Assembly: GCA_023515725.1 (NCBI GenBank) | Contig: JALDTO010000033.1 | Span: 1-8,718, forward strand | Direction: 5' to 3' | DNA from: Amoeboaphelidium protococcarum X5 | Lineage: Eukaryota > Fungi > Aphelidiomycota | DNA length: 8,718 bases | Part shown: positions 1 to 7,710 of the stretch, in pieces | How positions within the stretch are numbered: position 1 is the stretch's first letter | Layout: every line of letters starts with the position of its first letter | Notes under the pieces: generated by a model | Databases searched by the model: none | Told to the model about the DNA's origin: nothing | The model's input: the letters and a program-made list of their open reading frames with translations, nothing else | Program-made: the position numbers and the translations under genes

Positions 1-85
1 CGATAAACGCCACCTGAGCATAACTCACAACAACTTGCCAATTTCAGCAGCCATCGGTCAGATTTGACCATCTCGGTCTTAAAAC

Positions 86-145
86 ACGCGCGCGAAATTC
101 AAACAGCCGCCGACGTTGCCTCAGCTCTTCTTTCTCTCTCTCTCT
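86..145 (+). promoter_or_regulatory. Putative promoter elements of the methyltransferase gene: ACGCGCGCGAAA followed by a CT-rich tract
   Basis: CGCG core at 86-97 (reverse complement contains TTTCGCGC, E2F/SCB-like) and a pyrimidine/(TC)n tract at 125-145, 130-190 bp upstream of ATG 274. Confidence 0.4.
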
Positions 146-273
146 GTAAAATTAAAGTGTTTAGTATACGTGTACTTACTACTACTTTATAGTAAATAGT
201 CAAGTTCTTTTGTTGCAGTATATACTTAGCTTTGTGTGTGCACATTAAACTTGTATATTGATCGATTAATAAA

Positions 274-1822
274 ATGACGTAAGATTTTAAATCAAATGTT
301 CGTGTTAACTTGACCTTATTTACTCAATTTCTGTACTATGTTGAGTGTATGTAGAATTGCTGACACTACAACCAAGTTTTCCGTGCCAAAGAAGGCCAAC
401 TATACCGTCTATCCGGCTCCTTATGCGTTTGAAGTTCCCGGTTTCCGTAACTTTAATGGTCTTGCATTTTGGGGACTGAATCTGCTGACTCCTCTGGCTC
501 TAGTCTAGTTGTTGCAGACGCCTTACTGGAGTTACCCGCTCTTCCTGCTGCTCACTATCGTGCCGACTTGGGTTGGATATGTGTATGTGGATGCTTACTT
601 GAAGGTTTGGGCACACGACCAGCAGGTGAAGGCTGCCGGTTTGAAGTTGACTGACTATGTAAAGTTGACTGACGCCAAATTGGCTGACAAGTACCAGGGC
701 TCAAGCAAGATTCCAATGGAGACCTTTTTCGAGGCTTACTTTGATGAGAAAGCTGAGATTCGCGGTGACATGCTTGATCTGCTCGAACACAGACACGATT
801 GGGCCTCTTTCCACTTCACTGCAGGTCATGTCAAGTTTTTGGCTGAACATTTGCTGCCTGAAGCTACTTTCCACACTCGTTCGCAGGATAAGAACCAGGT
901 ATGTGAGCATTATGATCGCGGTAATGACTTTTATGAGGCGTTCTTGGGACCTATGATGATCTATACTTCTGGTATCATTACTGATGTCAACGAGAGAGAG
1001 TCTCTGGAGCAGTTGCAGGAGAATAAGATGAAGCTCGTGTGTGAAAAGATTGGCCTGAAGAGAGGCGAGAAGATGCTGGACATTGGATGTGGATGGGGCA
1101 CTCTGCTGTCTTTTGCTGCTCAAAAGTATGGTGCTAATCCAACTGGTGTCACTATTTCGAAAGAATAGACTGAGTTTGGTTTGAACAGAGCACAGGAGTG
1201 GGGTGTCAGTGACAAGGTCAATATTTTGAACAGAGATTATCGTGATATTCCTCGTCCAATGGCTGCTGGTGGTCAGAAATATAACAAGATCACTTGCCTG
1301 GAGATGGCTGAGCATGTTGGTATCAGAAAGTTTAACACTTTCCTACGCCAGGTTGACGAATTACTGGAAGACGATGGTATATTTTATCTCCAAATCGCCG
1401 GCCTCCGTCGCCCATGGCAATATGAAGATCTTGTCTGGGGTCTGTTCATGAACAAGTACGTGTTCCCTGGTGCTGATGCCTCTTGTCCTCTGGCTTGGGT
1501 TGTCAGTCAGCTGGAGTACGCCGGATTTGAAGTCCAGTCTGTGGACACTGTCGGTGTGCACTACTCTGCCACGCTGGAGAGATGGTACCAGAACTGGATG
1601 AAGCCTGAGAACAAGAGCATGATCACGGCCAAGTATGGTGAGCGTGCATGGCGTGAATGGGAGTTCTTCTTGGCTTGGAGTACTATTATCTCTCGCCAGG
1701 GAAGTGCCACCTGCTATCAGCTGGTTTGCCACAAGAATACCAACAAGTTTGATCGTGCCTCTTTCTTGCGTGGTTATGGCTAGAAGAGACTGATTGTGCC
1801 TTATGCATAGTAGCAGTAATGA
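274..1822 (+). CDS. Sphingolipid (glucosylceramide) C9-methyltransferase, CFA-synthase/CMAS-like SAM-dependent family; join(274..278,355..1822), about 490 aa with TAR=Gln
   Basis: ORF-track pieces 509-1168 and 1181-1783 share a frame and join through TAG 1166-1168 (GVTISKE[TAG]TEFG, matching the CFA-family GxT(L/I)SxxQ motif). Motifs seen: HYDRGNDFY, LGPMMIYTSG, SAM-binding LDIGCGWG, ITCLEMAEHVG, FMNKYVFPG, HYSATLERW. Two N-terminal hydrophobic segments are typical of fungal C9-methyltransferases rather than bacterial Cfa. Ends ...VPYA[TAG][TAG][CAG][TAA]-TGA at 1820-1822. An in-frame ATG at 338 is an alternative, intron-free start. Confidence 0.92.
279..354 (+). other. Spliceosomal intron (76 nt) in the methyltransferase gene
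   Basis: AAAATG AC|GTAAGA...AT-rich...GTATGTAG|A ATT GCT. Removing it puts ATG 274 in frame with the conserved ORF (MTIADTTTKF...). Confidence 0.75.
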
Positions 1823-2017
1823 TATTGAGGTTGTATGAGCGCGTGTGACATAATGTGAAGTCATATTGACCAACATGGTCAGTTATTTCATCAAATACTT
1901 AATACTTTTCATTTTAACTTTTTACCTTAATGATGCAAAGTGAAAATTGCAAAACGTCCTTGATACAAAAATATCTTGCGCGAAACAATAAAACAAGATT
2001 AAACATAGACTATTCAT

Positions 2018-4312
2018 TCAATTATCTAAAGTGCCATTCCACCTATCGAGAAATGAAAAGCACTCTGTTTGAATCTATGACAGCTGTGCATGATCATCAG
2101 CAGAATCATCGCTCTCATTCAATCGCTCACTCTAAATGGGAAACTACACTTGAGAGTGAAAGTAATAATGCAAAGGAGACTTGATAATTTACGTACTTGT
2201 TCCAACAGACTCAACAAATTGCTAACTGCAGATGCCTCGAATTTTGTATAGCTAAATAAAATCAACCACCTTAGGCACCATCTGCTATCTTTACTAGTAT
2301 CCCTAATAAATGGTCTTTATAATCTACTGCAGAACTGGAGATGAGCTATTATCTTTACCGCTGGACGGGCGGACGACTTTGCTAAGACTATCTGCCATTT
2401 AATCCATGGAGAAGCCTAAACCGCCAGTCTATTTATCCTACCCAATATTCGCGTCCTAATGCTACTAGGTGATACAACCATAGTAATAATCAAGCACTGG
2501 AAGAGGCATAAGGGAAGAGATTGATGAAATGTTCTAAGCTAATAACGTCTGAATGTTGTGCCTGAATCCAATTTTAGCATAATGCTGGCGTTATTCAGCG
2601 TCTAACTATTTAAATTAAGCAGCAACATCCAAATCTGTAATAATTTCAGCATTATCCTTGACGCGACCACTACTCATTGTACCAAGGCAATCATGTTCCA
2701 GTTTATAGCCAATCATAAAGTTGATATACTTGTGATTAAGCCGACATTTGAAGAGCTCAGCGCGTATCAGAGCGGACAAGATTTCAGCATATCTCTCTGG
2801 AGTGTCTGTACGAACTTCCCACTCTTCCTATGCCAACTGTACCAACTTTTATCTTTCTTTAGCATCAAATTTCCTCTCAACTGACAAAGCATTTTTGGGC
2901 ATATGCGTTTCAAACGTCAATAGCTCAACGTCGTTTTCAGCTTTATCATGCAAATACGCATTGCCAAATCGCTCAATTTTCAGTTCATTGACGCGTCTAT
3001 TCAAGAACTATTCATGTAATTGCTATTCATGCTTGTTCATTGAAAGCTTGAACCTAGTTTAATCACGGTCCTTAGACTTTGCTTTATCACTCCCAGCCGT
3101 AGATGATTTTAGTTTTCGAATGGGAGTTTAAGATTTTATGAGTTTAAGGGCCAGATCATCAGTAAGCCATTTATGCCAAGCGTTATCAAGAGTGTCAGAT
3201 TACGGTGGATTCCGAGATACTATACAATTATGAACCAGATACTTGAAAAACGCTGAACCATGGTCATTATACAAGACGCACTTGAGAGCAGATTGACGCA
3301 GAAGTAGCAGATCATGAAATTAAGATTTTAATTCTGGACTTGATCGCATTAAAAGCTATCGCGGCCGCCGACTCATTTATTAATTGATAGCTGCATACAT
3401 TTCCAACTACTCTCCAGAGGGCTCTAAATTTTCATCGCCATTCTCATCAATTTGCGCTTTCAACTGAGCTGCTAGAGTACTTATACTAAAATATTTACTC
3501 GAATTAAACCTGCGTTGATCGATGTCTTGAATGTTATACTGCAAACAGAGGGCATCCAGCGCATAGACATTCTTCTCATTCTGAGGCAAATCTCTCCACT
3601 AGGCCAAAATATGCTTCATAATACTAAAATGGTCGTAAGTGCTCAACTCCAAAGCCGTAGACGCGTAATTACTAACCGCATAATGATAAAAGGCCACCAT
3701 CTGAGTACTGCTCTTCTTTGCAGGCGGATCACCTCTCAGCTTCCCCTCCATCCTCCTAAAAAGATTCCTCTGACCAGCATTGAGATATCGCCAACAGATA
3801 GTCAAATGCGATTTAATACTATCCTCAGAAATACGAGAATTATCGGCACCGAGCTTCTGCATCAGAGTTGGGAAATTAATCTAACAGAAGAACGAATATC
3901 CTTCTTGATTCCCTTCACATTAGGACTATTACTACGAATTAACGACTGATGTGGATTATGATACATCTGAGCCATTTGATTTATCACCAGTTTTAGCATC
4001 ATTAGCTTTCTGCATGACTTTCATATTATGACTATGGGCCAATTCCGCATATTTCATTCGATCATACTCTGATAACTTGGTCCATTATCTGGCAGTCAAT
4101 TAGAAAAACGAAGTAGTAGACTGATTACAAGCTTTCGTAATTTCCATCTTCATGAAGAACTAATATGGTGTGAGATTAGAATTGGAGCTTTCAGCGGCAA
4201 TCTTATTAACTTGATCATTTATCAAAGCCTGATTTAAACCAGCGCGTCCAGGATTAACCATCTTTTTAGTGATAGCTTCGATGAGCTTTTCCGAGTTGGG
4301 TAATCTTGGCAT
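2018..4312 (-). CDS. Uncharacterised 764-aa protein with multiple divergent HMG-box-like repeats (putative DNA-binding/chromatin protein)
   Basis: One frame from ATG 4312 to TGA 2020-2018 has no internal TGA over 764 codons and about 43 internal TAA/TAG. It subsumes track ORFs 3599-3862 and 3407-3589. HMG-like units: LTPYQFFMKME...TARQWTKLSEYDRMKYAELA; GYSFFCQINF...LTICWRYLNAGQRNLF; VAFYHYAVSN...HILAQWRDLPQNEKNVYALDA; weaker KYINFMIGY...VAAQFKQLDAEQRQHYAKIG. The coding status is secure; the HMG call is by eye. Confidence 0.8.
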
Positions 4313-4591
4313 TATCAATCACTACAAATTACTATAATACTTACTTGTCCAAATAGCTAATAAAAAGATATCAGGACCAATATAAAAAACTACCACTATA
4401 TGCGTTCTCTCCAATGTTCCATCAGGAAAAAAAGATCTTCCGCGCGTTGATCATTTTGACGCGTTTTCTTGTTCTTTTTCTCGGCTGTTTTGTTACTCTC
4501 TTTCTTCCTCCTCTGTCTACAGTATAATATATCACAGTGGAACATCAATAACATAGTATACATATTTTATCATTTTTTAGACATATTTATA
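4313..4591. promoter_or_regulatory. Putative bidirectional promoter (HMG-like gene / RTF2)
   Basis: 279-bp head-to-head spacer with central CGCGCG (4441-4446), ACGCGT (4459-4464) and a pyrimidine-rich tract (about 4464-4519) toward RTF2. Confidence 0.55.
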
Positions 4592-5098
4592 ATGGGTGGA
4601 GATGGCGGATTTATTGCAAAGAGATCAGAGATTGTAAAGTTGGGGAAAGGATAAAGATAATAGATTCAGAGTAATGTTAGTGATTACCGATACTGCTCCC
4701 TGTCTCATGAAGAGCTGCGAGATCCTATAGTGTCATGTAAGAGAGGGAAGTTGTACAATAAAGAGGCTGTGGTGAAATACATTCTTGATAAACGGCTACG
4801 TGGTTAATCCAAAGGCGAGGGTGACAGAGCAGATATTGAGAACACTGAGTAGGACAACGTGGCTGGTCACATCAAACGGTTAAAGGATGTCACAGATCTT
4901 AAACTGACGCGCGGTGATGATGGACGTGTTATTTGCCCAGTCATTAGGCGGTAAATGAATGGACTCACCAAGTTTGTATATATGAAGCCCTGTGGATGCG
5001 TTGTCTCTTAGAATGCTGTTGATTTAGTTCCGTCTGCTACAGATTGCGTCAATTGCGGTGCTAGTGTGATTAAAGTTGTGCCTATCAAATATACTTGA
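4592..5098 (+). CDS. RTF2: Replication termination factor 2 (Rtf2/RTFDC1) RING-finger family protein, 168 aa
   Basis: With TAR=Gln: MGGDGGFIAKRSEIVK (family N-terminus MGxDGGxIxxRxELVK), YCSLSHEELRDPIVSCKRGKLYNKEAVVKYIL, HIKRLKDV, ICPVIRRQMNG...MKPCGCVVS...CVNCG. Seven internal TAR codons; TGA at 5096-5098. Confidence 0.9.
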
Positions 5099-5257
5099 AT
5101 TGATGTTGGATTTTCTTTTCGATTTATATTATCAGTTCTGAATGTAGCACTCAAGTTAAATGTGTACGTACTCTCTCTCAAATGTAATTAATTGTAACGA
5201 TGTTAACTTTTCTCACTTCAAAACATAACCATTCTTCATTCAATCAAACATTCAGTA

Positions 5258-6926
5258 TCAAAACATCAGCAATATAAGTGATGCGCTCACGGTGATCATC
5301 AAGTACCAGTCAAATTCAAAAGACAAGGCGCCCTCTGATGGATTAGATCCACCATTGTTAGAATTAGGAACAACTGTTTGGACAGGAGACTTAGTGGTCG
5401 TCTGAGGACCAGCATATGGTACAATTTTAAAAGTGCCAGATGTGGCAACAACGACGCCATACTGACTACCAGAGGGAAAGTAACCCGTAACTCTGACCAC
5501 ACAATTCTCCTTCTTGCCAAGAGACACTGGCACTCTCCAATAAGCATCGGTGGTGTTCTTCTGGCCAGATCTTAACAGTTATGCTACAAACACCAGAGAG
5601 CCTTTGGTGTCCTTTTCAAATAAATCAACATCCCAGCCAGTGACATTATTCTAAACATTAGGAATGGCTGCCCATGTAATCGTCTCTAGATTACCGCCGG
5701 TCCACTACTGATTCTGCAATGGCAAGGTGATAGCCAGTCCGGAAGTCAGTTAATTGCCAGCAAACACGCTAAAGTCAGTAGAAACTGCAGTGAATGCTCT
5801 CAAATCTCCTTGCGAATAGCCATAAACCGTAATGAAATAGCCATTGCTAGCTGGCAAAGACGGCACCTGATACTGATAGCTACCTTAGGAAGATGACACA
5901 TCAGAGGCAATAGTTAAAGGACTGCCATAATACGGAGTGGAAGCATCTCTTGATGACAAAATGATGGACCAAGTGTCAAAGGATGCAATGGATCCGCCAG
6001 TTTTTGAAGACAAAGAGATTGTCAAAATCTAACTCTTCTAAACAGAGTAGCTGGATAGATCAACACCGACACTGCTTACTCCACCTGGGCTTTAAATTTC
6101 AAAGTAGCTAGTCTCATCCAGGCAAGAAGGCTTTCCCTTGGAATCAGAGCAAGAGATGCGGAGTTGGTACGTGCTAGAAAATGGCAAGACTGGTGGAACA
6201 TTCCAAGAGAATGAGTTTATGCCTTGAGACCCACTTGCAAGATTGGCTGCAACAATAATACCACTTCTGATTGAAGGATCAGACGATTGAGAATCGAAGA
6301 AGACAATACTTGCCAGGGATGGATCGATAGTAGAGGTGGATCTGATATAGTAAGGAATCTTTACATTCTATCCAGCGCCAATAGTAGCCAAACTGTTCAT
6401 TATACCGACTGGAGACTTACTAATAACGAACAAGTCTGTATCAGGCAGTGACCAATAATTTGGATCTCCCGCCTTTTGGTTAGTGTACGGACCCCATACA
6501 CGGACAATGTACGTATTACCAGAGTTAGAACTAGCTGGCACTTTGAAAGTTAACTTAGTTTGATCCAAAGGAAGACTGTCTGCCAACTGTTTTACAAAGA
6601 ACTTGGTCTACACCGCTGCACTGTACAAGTCAACGTTGATGTACTGCACTGGAGGTGGATTCGTCAGTGTCCACTCCACAGTGACACTCTGATCAGCCCA
6701 CCAGATAGTTCCAGTCGTCGGAGTAACGACATAACCATCTACAATACAATAAATAATTGTCAAAATTACTTTTCACTTAAAAAGACATTGTCTTACCGCT
6801 TGAGCGCTTTTAGTTGATGATAGGAGACCTCTTTTCCTTACCAGAGCCACTCTCTTCCTTGGTAGAGAAATAAAACACAGCAATAGCTGCAACTAGTAAA
6901 ACTGCTATTCTGAAGTAGTTTAACAT
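5258..6926 (-). CDS. Secreted, probably GPI-anchored surface protein with four tandem Ig-like beta-sandwich units (resembling Kre9/Knh1 N-terminal, Ser/Thr-rich GPI-anchored family); complement join(5258..6738,6797..6926), about 536 aa
   Basis: N-terminal hydrophobic segment MLNYFRIAVLLVAAIAVFYF, then four units of about 105 aa sharing the pattern P..W..G..(V/I)T(V/I)xW...VDL...LA...(W/Y/F)xVP...Yx(V/L/I)(R/T)(V/I)...FxI. These are followed by a T/S/P-rich linker, small-residue omega region (NNGGS) and hydrophobic C-terminus WYLMITVSASLILLMF-TGA. About 11 internal TAR; includes track ORFs 6368-6586 and 5258-5533. Confidence 0.82.
6739..6796 (-). other. Spliceosomal intron (58 nt) in the GPI-protein gene
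   Basis: Minus strand G|GTAAGA...TTTGAC...ATTGTAG|AT. Very AT-rich; removal joins the signal-peptide exon in frame with exon 2 (KRSS-D-GYVVTP). Confidence 0.85.
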
Positions 6927-7209
6927 ATTTAGAGAAGTATTATGCAGACACAACTACGGAACACTACGTATTAAATACACTTGAGCAAAAGAGAGAGTGA
7001 GAAGTAAAGAAGAAGAACAAGAAGTGAAACAACAGAGAAAGCGAATGGAAGCGAAACGGAATGTGAAACGAGAAACTCTGCGCGTCTCACTTGATGGATC
7101 ATCCTGTAAAGGGCTTAGCGGTTGAGAGAAAAGTCAGGCCGACCTCTGACTGACTGCAAAAAGCATTGTTTCGGGCAGATACTGTACTTTTAACTTGCAA
7201 CTACGTGTA
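6927..7209. promoter_or_regulatory. Putative bidirectional promoter (GPI protein / TMEM42-like)
   Basis: 283-bp head-to-head spacer with central GCGCGT (7080-7085) and a GA-rich tract (about 6987-7040, CT-rich on the minus strand) toward the GPI gene. Confidence 0.5.
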
Positions 7210-7626
7210 ATGATATTGGCAATATGTTCTGGGTTTATGGCAGCATTATCATCAGTGTTTGCTAAAATGACTCTATCCGCACAGACTCTTGAGTATCTCC
7301 GGGTGATTGTTGGATATTTCGGATACATTGATGTTTAGGAACTGGCTGGTGTTGAGAGGTACGCCAAGTTTATCAGTAGCGCTCTTGTAATCTTATGCAA
7401 TGTGTTAATGTGGGCTATATTCACTAAAGCTCTGGCCAAATCAAAATCTGCTGTATCTGCCACAGTCATTAACACTGCCAGTAATTTCTGTTTCTCTGCA
7501 CTGCTCGGTCACTTGTTCTTTAATGAGAGTTTAAATGCTCAGTGGTGGGGCGGTTGTTCGATGATCATTGCTGGATGTGTACTGATCAACTTTGACATTT
7601 CGAAAGGTGCAGTAAAACAAGACTGA
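7210..7626 (+). CDS. TMEM42: TMEM42-like small multi-pass membrane protein (DMT/EamA-like superfamily), 138 aa
   Basis: MILAICSGFMAALSSVFAK...CNVLMWAIFTKAL...SAVSATVINTASNFCFSALLGHLFFNESLNAQWWGG.SMIIAGCVLI matches my recollection of the TMEM42 family pattern. One internal TAG (7336-7338); TGA at 7624-7626. Confidence 0.8.
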
Positions 7627-7710
7627 CGCGTTATTGCTTCTGTGTAATTAAAATCATATCTTTTTTGAATCATTGCTGCTTCTACTCTAAGAACTCACAC
7701 TCCTTTATGA

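Noticed and set aside
1-71. Start of a divergent minus-strand gene (ATG at 71 or 54, GTGAGT donor-like site at 28-23)
   Set aside because: Plausible from the alternating layout, but too short to show homology or choose a frame.
509-1783. Two separate genes, a bacterial cfa, or programmed readthrough at TAG 1166
   Set aside because: Both halves form one methyltransferase fold in one frame, the context is eukaryotic (introns, CBF5), and TAR sense usage is window-wide.
701-1876. Long antisense ORFs 701-1315 and 1361-1876, and other-frame ORFs 469-654, 741-956, 1242-1451
   Set aside because: Shadows of the methyltransferase CDS with no recognisable motifs.
1930-3949. Plus-strand ORFs 1930-2184, 2693-2884, 2748-3062, 3515-3949
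   Set aside because: Antisense to the continuous 764-codon minus-strand frame, with no independent coding signal.
2018-4312. Mating-type (SexP/SexM-like) HMG locus or a true UBF ortholog
   Set aside because: Sex HMG proteins have a single box and, in Mucorales, are typically flanked by triose-phosphate transporter and RNA helicase genes, which are absent here. There is no long acidic UBF tail or recognisable UBF sequence.
4469-4591. Hydrophobic N-terminal extension of Rtf2 suggested by track ORF 4469-4654
   Set aside because: It starts at TTG within a pyrimidine-rich promoter tract, whereas the Rtf2 family begins at MGxDGG (ATG 4592).
4952-5011. TAR = Glu, since two Rtf2 TAR codons (RR[TAA]MNG, VVS[TAG]NA) sit where I recall Glu in homologs
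   Set aside because: These sites lie in a divergent protein where E/Q exchange is common. The invariant Cbf5 and CFA-family positions and the mixed CAG/TAG/TAA runs point to Gln. Evidence for TAA alone is weaker than for TAG and should be tested separately.
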